Shown here: one piece after another, positions 15,201 through 32,070 of the stretch
Layout of the letters: every line of letters begins with the position of its first letter
Position numbering within the stretch: the stretch's first letter is position 1
Assembly: GCA_012295275.1 (NCBI GenBank)
Contig: CM022668.1
Span: 806,001-870,000 of the forward strand
Length of the DNA stretch: 64,000 nt
Direction of reading: 5' to 3'
From: Chrysomallon squamiferum
Lineage: Eukaryota; Animalia; Mollusca
Program-made: the position numbers and the translations under genes
The notes under the pieces: model-generated
Seen by the model: the letters and a program-made list of their open reading frames with translations, nothing else
Told to the model about the DNA's origin: nothing
Databases searched by the model: none

Positions 15201-15719
15201 GAGTACACTGATTATCGGAGAGCCAATATTGTTGTGACAAAAACATGTTGTCGTGGTGGGAGACTGTGAGAATAAACGGAAATAATATTTAAAATAAATC
15301 ACCTCCGTTTGCTTTCCTTCTTCATTTTCCTTCATTTATTTCTTTCTTTCTTATTTTTTTTTAATTTAAATTAATAATAATTTACTGTTTTCTTTGTTTG
15401 TTGGTTTATTTATTTATTCTGTGTTTTGTTGTTCTGTGATATATATACTTCTCTTAGAGTATTTAATGTCTTGTGTATCTTGTAATTGTGTAATCACAGT
15501 TATTGTCATACTGTCATTATTTTATATTTTGCGTTCAAAATGAATCCCGGAACTGAATTATGGAAACAGTTAATTTGTTACTGAAGTCTAGATAAAAATG
15601 TTACGATGTTGCGTTTAAACTTTTGTTGTGTTAACATATAAAAATTAACAGAAAGGCATTGATACACAGAGACACACACAAACCGACGACGTACGGATAG
15701 ACAGATTTACACCAGAGCC

Positions 15720-15798
15720 GTTAAAACTTAGGTATTGTTGTATATCATTTTAAAATTTTGTTTTATTTTATTTATTTGTAATACCCATAACATAACAA
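15720..15798 (+). repeat. 79-bp direct repeat, copy 2
   Basis: Near-identical to 14394-14472. Confidence 0.9.
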
Positions 15799-16639
15799 CT
15801 GAAACGAAATATTAGGACTAGTTCGTTGTTACCTTTTGACAGCAAACACCGTCAACAAAGTAAAAGGGCAATTAACGAGTACCGGGACGTAGAATTAATT
15901 GTATGACCATTTATAAAAGTTTATCTACTTTCCGGTTCATAACCGACATACTAGTATGTCTCCAAAGTTTATGGTTTACAGCAAAACGCGTTATAAATAC
16001 AAACATAACTAAATGATGTGTTTTGTTACTTCATCGTGTAACAGTCCAGCAGGACAGTGTTTGTATGTGCAGTCTCTTAACTCCACAATGTACGAGTTTA
16101 ACAGAACATTTGTATTTTAAAAAGAACGCTTAAAACAGATATATGAATATCTCACATATTAGATGTTACTCTTCTTTGTGTATTCTGTAGTAATTATTCA
16201 GATTTCAAATAAGTGTCCACTACCATAAAAATAAAAATGAAACGAAATTATATGAGTATCTTCTTTTTATATTTTTAAATTATATTTATTTGACTTATTA
16301 AAGCTGTCATGTATAAAATGTCCTATAGACAAACTCCACCAGCCACAGTTTAGCTGTCCATGTTGTAATATATGTTTCAGTTTTAAACTCTTTTCATCAG
16401 AAACGTAGTTCAGAACTGAACCTTGATATTATAAATACTTGCTTCAAATTACAGTTTACTTCAGTCTGAAGTTCGATGTTAAGACGGAATTAACTAAAGC
16501 TAGTGTCAGTTACACGCGTATTACAAAAGTAAATAATTATTTTAGTTACCACGTGCTACATAAACGCCTCTTCAATCCGTGCTTCTAATTTCATTCGTAT
16601 TCTAACCATTGTCCCGGTTTGACGTTGTGAAACTTCACA

Positions 16640-17630
16640 ATGCTGTATTCGGCGGTTGTTTTAATTTTTATTGTTGGTGAAACATTTGCACAGCTACCGT
16701 CAAGATGTATGGCACCTCCGCAAATGCAGGTATAAGTTAACAATTCATTTATTAATTAATTACTTTTGCTTAATTAGAAAATACAAAGTGTCGGTCTGTA
16801 ATTCCATGGTGTGACAAAGTCTGAGGTTTATTTGGTCGCAGGATCCAGTATCGTTCATCCATGTAACATAACCACGTTCACACCTGGATTCTGTAATTTG
16901 TTTACAACACACTGTGGAATGTATTGTTATTATTTTGTTTGTTTGTTTTTCCAGAGGGAGGTGTTTATATATCATAAAAAAATAAATTTTAAAATTTAAA
17001 AAAAAAAAAAAAAAAAAAACATTATGTCTTTTTTGGCCACACTGATTTTCCTCTTATATTTCCTAAGTTTATTTATTGTATTTTTTTTTATATGAACTAT
17101 CATTTTATTACAATTATTAGCAGTTTGATATTTTATTTTATATATATTTTCTGCTATAAATATATTTTCTGCTATATATATTTTCTGCTATACATATATG
17201 ATTTTATTGTTGTAACTTCGTCGTAGTTTAGAGCAATGAAACTGGATCATCAAAAGAACAGACTGTCACTGTTCAGTGTAGTCTATGACAAACCTAACAG
17301 ACGTATCGCCTATGTGGAAGAATACAGTGTTTTCTCAAAGAAGAGAGAGTAAGATACCCGACTATTTCTCTATATCTACCTGTCTATTTTTCTATATTTT
17401 ATAATTGTATATATGCCCACTGTTTTATCTTAATGTCAGTTTAAATGTATGTGTGATATAACAAGAAGACAGCTAACTGTAACGTTTTGGTATTTTATAG
17501 TTTCGTATGGTTTAGCGCAGACAAATGTTATTTCATACACAAAATATTAATCCGAAATCCAAAATCTGAAAAATTCTAGAACCATCAATATTTCCGGTCG
17601 CAAGCATGTAGCATAAAGGATCCTTAATCT

Positions 17631-17670
<40 letters not shown>

Positions 17671-18268
17671 AGGTATCACTCATTTATCTACTTGTACAAC
17701 GAGAATGTAGTATATGACATGAATCTTTCTACAAAACGATGTACAAAGAAACCGATAGACCAGCCGTTCCATGAGATCGCCATTCCGCAAAATGCCACGT
17801 TTTTCTCCGAAATGACAATAGGAGGTCCGGGGGAGGAACTGTCCGGACAAGCCTGGTCAGATGTTTTCGATGACCGTAAGTTAATTTATTAGTTTTCTTC
17901 TTTTATGTTAATTGATTAATTTTCTTCTTTTATGTTAAATGATTAATTTTCTTCTTTTATGTTAATTTATTAATTTTCTTCTTTTATAATATTCTTCTTT
18001 CTATTTTGATTTTTTTCTCTTTGGTCTCCTCCTTTTAAATAATTATTTCTAGATAGCTAAAACCGGACTATTTTCATTAACAGGGTTATCGTGGATTGGG
18101 GTATTTAGTTTAAAAAACTGCTTTCCTATCCGAGATCATCGATTTGTTGGAACGACTACACGTGAGGGGTCGTCCAACTACTTCTATGACGTCGTTGCAG
18201 GGATTGAGAATCCAGATGTCTTCATCCCACCTCCTGAATGTCAAATAGACACTCAGCTTTCTCTTTGA
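16640..18268 (+). CDS. Ependymin-related protein, copy 2
   Basis: Exons 16640-16729, 17227-17348, 17673-17875, 18084-18268; same intron phases (0,2,1) as copy 1. MLYSAVVLIFIVGETFA-QLPSRCMAPPQMQ..VYDKPNRRI..KRCTK..PQNATF..IGGPG..WIGVFSLKNCFP..FYDVVAGIENPDVFIPPPEC. Confidence 0.92.
17530..17633 (+). mobile_element. 3' end of a pogo/Tigger-like MITE in intron 2 of ependymin copy 2
   Basis: ccgaaatccaaaatctgaaa...ttccggtcgcaagcatgtagcataaaggatccttaatctg|ta resembles, from memory, the 3' terminus of Tigger-type elements followed by TA. Confidence 0.4.
17892..17986. repeat. Minisatellite, ~27-bp unit (ttttcttcttttatgttaattgattaa), ~3.5 copies
   Basis: Visible directly in intron 3 of ependymin copy 2. 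Confidence 0.85.
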
Positions 18269-19278
18269 AAACAGATGACTAAAAATTACGAACTTATTTT
18301 GTTTTGTTTGGTTGCTATAAAATTATCTGAGTATCTGTTTATTTGTTCTGTTTTCTTTATACTAATTATCTTGCAGCTTCTGACACCTAGAGGTAGCCCC
18401 CTAAAAAACCAACAACATTTCTTTTTTACAGATGAATTGTAATTAATACAATCATTTTATTACAGTAAGTTGATAATATAAAATATAATACATCATTTCT
18501 GATTAAATACAACAAATGAAATAGTCTGTCTATAATAACATGAAATAAATTACAGATTATAGTATTATATACATTTATATATATCTGAGTATTGCACAGG
18601 TACCCGCCAATTCTAACAACATGACTAATATAAATTGCTATTTTCGTTTATGTGTGTGCTGAAGTGCAAAAATTGTTATTTCTGTGCAGATAAATACAAT
18701 AGGGAAACTAAAGGAAACAGAGATTTGAAAATAATCACCAATATTTTTTCTTTATATCTACATTAGTGTTAATAACTAATCAAAATGTTTGAGTCTGCTG
18801 TTAACGAAATACATAAAAAAACAGTCACATGTTTTCTAAATTAAATTACAAATAAATTAATAATATTTCTTAATTACAATACAGTATCTAGCGTATTACT
18901 ACAATATATAAAGTTATACTGAACAAATTTAGATTAAAAAGTGTCAAATAAAGAACATTTCAAAAAACAAAACAAAAAAGATTGTGGAAACGAATATTTT
19001 CTCTCTGCTTACTTATTATATTTTTCTTTTATTTATTTTTTAAGTTTATTTTTATTTATTTTTTTAAGTTTATTTTTATTTATTTTTTTAAGTTTATTAT
19101 TATTGTTATTATTATTTATTAAGTTTATTTTTATTTATTCAAATCTTAAAGTGAAAGACTAGTGAGAGAGAAAACATTGCAGAAAGCTGAAATCTTGGAC
19201 AAAGAAAAATAAACTGAAATATATACAAGTGCACCACTGACTATAAATAAAAAGCATCTTTTCTAAGAAATCTTGTCA

Positions 19279-20837
19279 TTACCACGGATACGTCCTTGTT
19301 GTAGGGCCCCATTCAGCATGCTCGCATTCTGCAGGCGGAACGAAGGCGTCTGGGTTGGGGATGCCATCTACGATGTCGTAGTAATTTGTAGTTATTGATG
19401 TGTTTACTTGTTCTCCGGCTACAATCACCTCTCTGATTGGGTAGCAATTCTTCAGACTGAAAGTACCAATCCACGTCTCACCTGTAAGCAGAAAATGAAA
19501 CTGAAATGTTGCGAGTAATAAATATTTGTATTGTTTGTGTATTAATGAGATATGGGGTATTTTGATAGCATGAGAAAAGTGCGTATGGCGAAACTTGGAT
19601 ATATTTTCGGGTTTTTTTGTGTTGTTTTGACAATAATTAGTTTTAGCCTTGTAATATTTCGTCAAAAGGAAATGTAGTTCTGTTAAAGGTCAAATTTAGA
19701 AGGGAAGTATCTAATGTTTTTAGACTGAAATCTAATATGAGAAGTAGTAACAAACTAAACAGTATTAGATTTTAACAGCAGTGGACTTACGTCGTGAGTA
19801 CGGTACACGATCACTCCAGTCCTGAGCAAAAACCTCCTCCCCCGGGCCGCCGATATAGAACTCATCTTCAAACGTGGCATTGGAAGGAATTGCATATGGG
19901 CGCCATGGCCTTGGTAGTGACTTCCGGCAAACTTTGGTCTTCAGGTTAAAATCGAACTCGATGTTGGCGTTGTTTAGAATAAGATATTCGTGTAATCTGT
20001 AAAACAGATGTGAAAACACATATCTGAGTGCAAACGCATACTCAGCAAAAACAAAACACACACACACAAACTATTACATATATTACATATATAAGTACAG
20101 TACATATACATATACATATATCTATATATATATATACAGACACATATACATACGTACAGTACATATACATATATATGGAAAGAAAAATCTAATTACTGTC
20201 GTCCAGGCATTAATACGTTTTCTTCTTCAAAGATAACTTTTCTCTTGTTTACAGCGTCGTAGGCGATGAAGAAGCGGTTCATAATGTCATCATCGTGGTT
20301 GTATTGTGAAGCTCTCATCTGAAAATGAAACAGTTGATTATATGCATGAAATGGACGAGACACTGATATGAGAGGAAACGTTGTTTCTAAATAATCAAAA
20401 TACAAGAATCTTAAAACTAGTGATTACCTAAAACTGTATTTTATTGTACTATGTTAGTGAAGAAGTTGCGTATCAAAGCCCCTTGCTTTCTACATGATAA
20501 CAAAAACAAAATGAACTGAGTCATATTGTTATTATATTAAAAAAAAATCGTAATAGATATATTTAATATTAGCTTACAAATTTTCAAGCATGAATTTAAG
20601 CATTATAAAATAAAATATAATGTAACAAAATAAAATTAAATGAAAGTGTAAAAATAAAACAAAACAGAATAAATAAAATAAAATTTGCTAAAATAATTAA
20701 GGTTAAAAAAGTAAATGATAAATAAATAAGATAAAAATACTTACAGCTAACTGAACGGGTGTTACACATGGTGAAGGTTCCTGTGATAAAACACCACTAA
20801 TAACTACAAACAAGGAAATCGAAACTAATTTCTCCAT
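19279..20837 (-). CDS. Ependymin-related protein, copy 3 (inverted orientation)
   Basis: Exons 20745-20837, 20197-20318, 19791-19996, 19279-19481; same phases as copies 1-2. MEKLVSISLFVVISGVLS-QEPSPCVTP..AYDAVNKRK..KVCRK..PSNATF..IGGPG..WIGTFSLKNCYP..YYDIVDGIPNPDAFVPPAEC. Confidence 0.93.
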
Positions 20838-22503
20838 TTTCAGACGCGAAGATTTCTACAGTGTAGAGGGTGGGAGTAATCCGCCGTCTGCTACGCATGT
20901 ACAACGACGAGTGTGAGATCTCGTAGGCTCGCGTGACCTCATCTTTATCGGCCTTATTGTTATATTCAGCAGACAATAATTGAACTGTGATCTTTGTCAG
21001 TGTCGGATCCAAGATCCCAGAACTGGGTATCATGTGAATTTCATTATCAACAACAACAACAAGAAAATATCAACAATAATAAAATAAAGATCTCCCCTTA
21101 TAAAACATAGATTCGGCCCAGGTGTTACATTACAAAGTACGAGGATAAAATCTTATTTGTGGTGATAAAGTTGTGAACATGTTCAGACTAACAAATTACA
21201 GGTCAGAAAATGAATAATTTTATTTTCATCTTAGATGTAGCATGCTGCAGTGTTGTATCATCACTAAAGTTTTTCATTTCTTAATGTATTTAAACTGGTG
21301 GCTAAAAAGAAAAAGTTATCTCCCTTATCATAATTATCGTTGAGGACACTTTCAAAACGCAGAAGATGAAATAATTGGATATGTTATAGATGTACCTGAA
21401 TTAGAATTTTCATTATACCATGTATATTATAAAACAAAATAGATGATTTAAATATATTCACAAATATATACACACCTAAGTGTATACATTTTTTGAACGT
21501 TTATTATTTATTTGTGTACAGTGGCATGCAGGGTGGGGCCGAAAGGGCGGTGGCCTTGGGCATGCAAATGGGGGAGGCAACCAATAAAAGAAAAACAAAA
21601 GAAAAAGAAAAAGAAAATAATAAATTTGGTTGATTTATATTTAAATCCAAAAAAGTATTTGTTATGTTTCATCTGTGTTTACATATTTAAAATATCTTCC
21701 CTTCTCATATTTCTCAGTACTTGGCCTTATACTTGAGTCTTTAGGCATACAATCATACACACAAACACAAACACACACACACACACACATATATATAAAC
21801 ACACACACACACGAACACACACAAACACACACACATACACACACAAACACACAAATACACACACAAGAAAACACACATATATATATATATATACAGACAA
21901 TGACCCAATCTAAACATAATCATAGTAAGAAAAATAAAAAGTTCGAGATTATACATACTTATATAAAAACAAATCAGTCATCCACACGAAATCAAAACGC
22001 ACAGATACATATACAACCACATGTGCTGACATACATATATATACATTAATATTAGAGTACTGCAGTTTTATGCGCCATTAAAAACTTCACATATAATTGT
22101 TTTCAAAATATATGGTGGATTATACAATGTACTTTACATGCAAGGTGTTATGTAAACTGTTAATGTTTGTTATTTAAATTTTCATTCAGGTGTGTGGAAA
22201 AAATGAACTGTACATAGACATAGATCGTTTATAACCTGGATTATGAAACAATTAGGACCTGCATTTTATTATTTAGTCTCAGAGCACCTTTTATGACCTA
22301 ATTTATTACATAATTCCAATTATTATGATTTTATTTATTTAACTCAACAATGAAAAATATTCTGTGTGTATGTGTGTGTATATATATATATATATAATTA
22401 ATTGTGGTATTTAATTATATTTGAATGACTCAACAGTATTTGATATTTTTAAATATTTAATCAACTTGTAAATGGTTTTTATTCAACTGTTTGGATTTAT
22501 TTT

Positions 22504-25068
<2,565 letters not shown>

Positions 25069-26171
25069 TGTTTTATTTTAAAGTTCAGACATTTCTTTGT
25101 AGGAGTCGGACATCAAACCAGTCGCTGCCAGCTTTCTCGCTGTATCTGAGAACAGGAATAAATCCGATAAAAGCACTGTGAAAAAAGGAGAGTTCTCTAG
25201 AAATTATGCATATGATGATACTAACAACAAACATCGGCTCATTAGACTGACAACGACAGCCCCGTGTTTTACGTTTACGTGTGAATAAGCATGAAACGGT
25301 GAAGTAGATAAAAGTCATATTTAAAAACACACAGTTAGGCTACGTTACAAGAGCTTTTTGTTTTTCTTTAAAGATTTTTAAGTATACACATATTATACAC
25401 TAGAAACACACACTTTTTAAAAACATTTTACCTTCTAGTAAATGTATTGTTATTCACAATAATTCTGTGCAAATTTTATGATTGTTACTAGTTTTGTAAA
25501 GACACGCACCCACCCACCGATTATTGTTTTATTATCCTCAATGTCAAACTCACTATTAAGTTTTTTAAACAGAAAAGTTATTTATTTATTTACCTGTGAC
25601 TGCTGCTTTCCAGCGAGTAAATCTTCATTAAAAATTAGTTTTTTGTGTTAACTTCTTTTTCTTTTTACAATCAGGGCAGTTTAAAATATAATTATAATTA
25701 GAACACAGTGGAAATTCAGAGCAATTTCAGCTTGTCTCCAAAAAAAATAGACATTTCTTGCTGGTCTCAGAGGTTTAGTGCCCAGTCTAGGGGAAGAAAC
25801 GATTGAAAAAAAAAAAAAAAAAGAATTATTGGGGAAAATCTGATGTTTGTTCCAAATGTCGGCAAAGTATTTGTTTTTCAAACAGTTTTTGTTGAAAAGC
25901 TCACGCTGTCGTCGTCTGTAAACACATCCGTATGCTCATCGACATTTGCTCACAGTCCGCTCACCGCGTGGATGTAAGGTGAAAAGTTTGTTTTGTAATT
26001 TTCAAAAGACGTTTTCAGTTCCTTTAAGTCGCCTTTAGGAGCCCGGTAGTACTGAGATGGATTCAAAGAAGACATGGAGGAAAAATGAAAATTTACATAC
26101 TCAGCTGTATAGAGAAACATACACGAATACATACAAGTAAACAAAAAAATATATATATAATTAATATACAC

Positions 26172-26215
<44 letters not shown>

Positions 26216-27365
26216 GTGTGTGTATATATAAATGCACGCACGCACATATACACACACTGACACCAAACAAAAACACACGTACACTGACCAGTTACATTTT
26301 ATTACGCCTCCTGGCAGCAGTGTTTTACCCTTGGACAGTCGATTAGTTGACAAAGGTAATTATGTGACACCTGGCAGACGGCTTTAATGTGGCGGCAAAA
26401 GCTAATCCGTAAAAAATGTACACTCTGGCCTTTGAGCATAATTAATCAAAGTATATATAAGATTCCTGCCGACGTCGGTGAAAACCGCATAATCAAAGAG
26501 AAAAGCGAAGCTTCGATGATGGACAAATAACAAAGCTGCGTTAGTTTGTCACATAAAACTTGCCACATTTTGTTGCTAATTTACGTAAGTTTAAAATTTA
26601 AAAAAAGCCTTTAAAAGTTTGTCGTTGCTTATTTTCCTATAAAAGGGTATTAGGGCATTTTCTTTCCTGATTATAACTATTAATACATATGTATTTAATG
26701 TTTATCGTTAGGTGATCTTTTCTGTTTCAATACAGAGACTACATATCTATAGAAATTTATACTTTAATAAAATATCTACAGTTAGTATAGAAATATCTAA
26801 TGAAACACAGTTTCATAGATAACCGGGTTTTACGATAATCAAAAACGAGATTATCTATCTTCGTCACGAAGCGACCACCGCATATCGCACACATCTTAAT
26901 GTAAACTGCTCACGTGTTTCGAGACCTTTGTAAACGTGCACTGTGTGTATTGTATGCCGAGTTCATGGGGGGGGGGGTAATTCACTATGTCCAGATGGGT
27001 TTTTGGCAGGTACAGCTCAACATTGTCCGTGACATTTTTAACTGGAATAGAACAGGGTTTGATCCTCAGTGTAAATTCATTTCTCTCAATAAATGTTTTT
27101 GTCGCAGCTATTCACAATTTATAATTTTACTCCATTTTATCCACGTTCTGCAGTATTGGTTCTCCGCAGAGTAATCAGCCTTTATATGACTGTGAACAGG
27201 ACAAGGTGTTGCACGATGAAAAAAAAAATACATAAATAAAAAAATAATATAATATACACTGATCAGTTTTACTATATAAAATATAAAAAAAAAACATTTT
27301 TTCAAATTCTGCTTTTATGCAAGATAATATTAAATACAATTTTTCTGCCTTTATTTATTTATTTA

Positions 27366-27400
<35 letters not shown>

Positions 27401-27559
27401 TATGTATACTGGTTATTTTGAAAGGTCAGAAACACCAGGAGGTGAGTTTTGAACCTTTGTGCATGAAGTGAACACTTGTGATAAAAATTGCCAAAAGAAT
27501 TTGATTAAAATCATTATATTATTGTTATAAATTAATAGCTAAAAGAATAGTTAAGTATT

Positions 27560-27560
<1 letters not shown>

Positions 27561-27626
<66 letters not shown>

Positions 27627-27673
27627 TATAGATAAATAGATATACAGACAGACAGACAGATAGATAGATAGAT
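27561..27673. repeat. (GATA)n/(GACA)n microsatellite
   Basis: Visible directly. Confidence 0.95.
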
Positions 27674-29203
27674 CTATATATATTTATTTATTTATTTATT
27701 TGTTTTATTATATTATATATATATTTTATTTTATTTCAGATTTTTGACAGAAAGGCCTTTCGTCGACAAAACACACATCTCGTAAATAAGGAGACATTAA
27801 AATCTGGTCATGTCCAATTCGTTAGTTTCATATGTGTCATTTTATTGTAATGGCCTACACTCCTGGAACTTATAATAGAAGACAATAAAACTGATGAATT
27901 CTTTGCAGCTGGTGACTAGGCTACAGATGGTTCCTTTAGGTTTATAAAGTCCAAACCTTTTCGATGTAGCAAAACCCTTGGGAGGGTAACCAGAATTATG
28001 CGGCAATTTAAGTGAAAAATAGATTTATAATCAGTGTACAACATGTTCCAGTTCTGTAGATAGGATGTTTTCATTTTGAATGTTTTAAAAAACCCATAAA
28101 AAAAAAAAACATGCAAACGATCGATTTGTTTTTTAATATTTCAAAACAAATTTGATCAAGCTGGGCAATAAAAGGTACGTTTTAGCGAAAGTGAAACTAA
28201 CATAATTATTCAATTTTCTCTGCAACCTATTTAGTATTTTTTTTTTTTTTTTTTTTTTTAGTTCTTAATCTTCTTCATTTATTGTATTTTACTTTTTTAT
28301 ATCTTTGTTTAATTTCACATTAATTTATCATGTTCGTGAAACTTTGCAGCCGCTCTGTAAACAGTTTTGTTACCCGGAGATAAATATTTAATACAGAAAT
28401 AATAAGTGCTATGTCTTTGATCATATTATCTACATTACTCATTTCAGCAGTTTGTTTCTTTGTTGTTGTTGCTTGTTTTGGGGTTTCGTTGTGGGGTTTT
28501 GGGGGGATGGTGGTGTTTGTGTTTTTTCTTTTTCTTTTCTTTTTTTATCTTTTGTTTTAAAATATCGCACATATTCAAGCTACAGCAGTAATTACTTTTC
28601 ACACTATAAACAGAACTGTACTTGTAATGTTATGTAACGCAGTAAACTCAGTGACAAAAGAATTTCTGTCTCCGTCCTTCTGAGGATTAACAGAAGTGGA
28701 TCATTAAAATAAATCAATGTTTCAAGACGCTCATAGTCGTAGATCGAGACCCTACATCTGATAAATATCAAACAACGGACAAATATGGCTTGCAAGGCTT
28801 TGTAATAGTAGAATAATTGTTAATTATTTTGCCTGTGTAATTGTATTAACTGTTATAATTCAGAACATAAAGTGTTGTATCCACGAGTGATGTGCCTACG
28901 TTATGTGTAAATATTTATATTTAATGCAATTTTTATTAATGTTTATTCGAGTACTTTTAATATAAATATTTATCAGCTTATAATGTAACCTCAACGATTT
29001 TTCTACAACAATTACAGATTCCACAGCTCCTAACATGTTTAGATCAGCCCCTATGTACAATGTTTTTGTGCATGTTCAGCTTTTGACAACACAGTTTTTA
29101 TAAAATAATTTCCACCAGACATCAACAAGTGTAACAATTTCAACATTTATTTGTTACTAAACTTATTATTATTTGTTTTCTGATCAACATCTATTTGACA
29201 CTA

Positions 29204-31211
29204 TCATCCAAATGCAGGGCCATTCAGACTGAAAGGTAAATAATACTTTTGTACTTTAAACAACAATTACATTGAAATAAAATAGATTAAAATCTTTCTT
29301 TAACTTACTTGTTTGGATCAAGTTCTGTACACATATTTAAAACTCACATGGGACAATTTTGAACTCTGGGATATTATTTATTCGTTCTATGAATGAACAT
29401 TTTAATTCTTAAGACCAAAATTAAATATTGTAACTTTTTATTCATTTTGTCAAAATAAAAATTAAATAATGTTAATATTTGCCACATTAATTTATTCTGT
29501 TAGATGAACTATTTATATTATTCTGTTTTTCTTCATTACACTAACGCAGTAATGAAAACTAATAACACCATCGACCTGTAAACGTGTATTTTTATCAGAA
29601 AACTGATTTAAAATGACAATGAATGGACAAGCAAATAAATAGGCTCGTAGAGAGAGCAGAAACGTGAAATCAAAATGTAGCAAAAATAGGTACTAACTTT
29701 ATTAATTACCATTTCATACGGTAATAACCGTTGGAGGTTTTTCTGTTTAACTATCTAAAAATTCCTTAGCGATTTTGAGCAATCACTTAATCATATTGAC
29801 TTGCTAGATACTTACTCTGTCTCACATAAGCCATACATTTTCGTCTGACAGTCAAGGTCATTCCAGAACCAGTGTCCCGATTGGTATCTGTTGAGATGAA
29901 TGCAGTTTTCACTGTGATAATTATCTGGCTGTCCTGGTGCCCAGAAGGTAATTGTCAATGGATCTTTACTGGTTACCCAAAACCATGTACCATCATGCAG
30001 AATGTCAGAACCACCCAACCACACTGATTTAATAGTGGCTGAAACAAATAAAACGAAAAAAAAAGGTATATTCGTAATGAGATAAAATGTAATTTTAATA
30101 ATTTTTCTAGACAACAGTTTGTTAATACAGACAGTCGTCGACTTTCCACTGTTTGTACGGCTGCACTTCTCTATCGACTCTTGTCCGCGAGCACTCCTCA
30201 CCCCGAGCACTCGCCTCACACCCCGTTGTACTCGCCTCACCCCGAGCACTCGCCTCACACCCCGTTGTACACGCCTCACAAAGCCGTTGTACTCATGCCA
30301 GTAACAGTCGCGTAGCTAGGTATTTTGCTTGCACCTTAAGTGCAGTTTCTGGTACGAATTTTTTATTATTATTTTAGTAAGAGGTATATTCATTTTCTCA
30401 TAGACAAAAAAACACACAGGTATATTTGATAAACAGTTGTTGGGTGACAGAAAAGATTCATCTTTAGATTAACACTGATTGAAACTGATATATATAACTT
30501 TTAACAATGAAAATATCTCAGTGTGAATAAAAAAACAAACAGGTAATTAAATCTGAAAACAATAAATTTAGCTAACGGTTTTTAACTTCCATGTAATGTG
30601 TTATTGCCGTCTCCTCTTCACGTGAAGTGATTTCAGCCAAGTAGCCACCAAGATCTTTACAAAAATCCTGAAAAATATAAACTTAATCAAAATCTTAATA
30701 ATATATGGATTACCTAAATTAACTAATTTATCTAGTTTTATTTATTAATTTAGATTTTTTCATAAATTAATTAACATGACAATGAAGTTAATTATTTAAG
30801 TGATATAGACTACTTACATCAGCTGATGCCCATGCCAGTTTGTCGTGGAGAAGCGCGTAGCAGGAGCCAGCGAGCGGAACCCAGAACTGCGGACACTCAG
30901 TGACACACCAGACTAAAACAGTCAAACACTGACACTTACACAGAAAGAAACAAACAAATGAGAAATTATTGTGGGAACTGTTATTACTTTGTGTTAATCC
31001 CAAAGATTTAGAGTGTTGTAAATTATCTTCTTCTTCTTCTTACTATTATTATTATTAATAGTAGTAGAATTAGCAGTAGTAGTAGAAATAGTAGTAGTAG
31101 TAGTTCTTGCTATAGTATTATGTTATAGTTATTTTTATTGTTGTATTTCTGTTACATATTATACACCTTACCTTGCGGAACAAAAATAAATAACAAAGCC
31201 AAATTCCACAT
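29204..31211 (-). CDS. Secreted single-domain C-type lectin (perlucin-like), QPD/WND type
   Basis: Exons 31172-31211, 30818-30912, 30577-30667, 29816-30038 and probable 29204-29228: MWNLALLFIFVPQVWCVTECPQFWVPLAGSCY..WASADDFCKDLGGYLAEITSREE..VWLGGSD..WAPGQPDN..ENC..WNDLDC..LCETDLNGPAFG*. Last mini-exon is less certain; unspliced read-through stops at 29812. Confidence 0.9.
30188..30295. repeat. GC-rich ~39-bp compound minisatellite in lectin intron
   Basis: gagcactcgcctcacaccccgttgtactcgcctcacccc repeated ~2.5 times; absent from the unit 2 paralogous intron. Confidence 0.85.
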
Positions 31212-32039
31212 AGTGTATGAAATATAAAAGTTAAATAATAAAGTACTCCGACTGTGATTATATTTTAACATACGAAAAACTGCACGTGCACTAAGCAGAT
31301 GATCTGTTCACACGACTATCTGATAAACTGATAATAACAACAACAATAACAATAATAACAATTTAAATGAATATATATATATATATATAAAAATTAAAGT
31401 CTTTAACTGCACATTCAAATTATGTCGAGAAAATGTCCAGGCAACATTTATAGATTCCTACATACAAGGATTATACAAACTATATTATTCAGTATCTTCT
31501 GTTCTTACTCCCCTTCCTCTGTTAATTATATTGCTTATACTACTTTTGAGGAATCTATTTCAGTTACTTTATGATACTAAAAGTTATAATTATAATTGTA
31601 ATTCAGTCTTATAATTGTAACTGTATTTGATTACTGTAACTGAACCGGACCTACTCTGTATTTCAACGTGGACTTTGAATGGTTTGAACTAAAACTGAAT
31701 ACATCGTGGAAACTTGTAATTAAACTGATGTTTTATGTTTTTGTTTTGATTTATTTGTGTTTCTTTTCGTTCTAAGACATTCTTAGTATTATCAGAATCC
31801 TTTTAAGCATAACGTTATTTTATTTAGTTACATCGTTAATGTGAATTTACAACTAAATACACTTTCATTTTAAGATACAAAATAGTAGTTACGTCCCTTA
31901 TCTTGATCCACCAGTCAGTTTGCAATTAGTTTCCTGCGCGAGGGCACTGGAGAGGGCTAAATAATAAGTAAAAAATAAAAACAAACTTGATTTTAACTTA
32001 TAAGATAATCAAATATCAAAAGTATAAATCTGATGCCTC

Positions 32040-32070
<31 letters not shown>

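Noticed and set aside
21538-21585. GC-rich island cagtggcatgcagggtggggcc... as a regulatory element or G-quadruplex
   Set aside because: Looks like an isolated MITE end; no partner terminus found and too short to classify.
21662-22049. His/Thr-rich and Cys/Val-rich ORFs (also 23855-24097, 25950-26276)
   Set aside because: Translations of (CA)n/(TG)n microsatellites.
29812-30279. 155-aa ORF with Arg-rich repeats fused to a lectin domain
   Set aside because: The N-terminal part is an intronic minisatellite read in frame; the real exon starts at the acceptor before 30038.
30188-30295. Repeat array resembling CRISPR or a coding repeat
   Set aside because: No unique spacers, eukaryotic intron context; a simple minisatellite.
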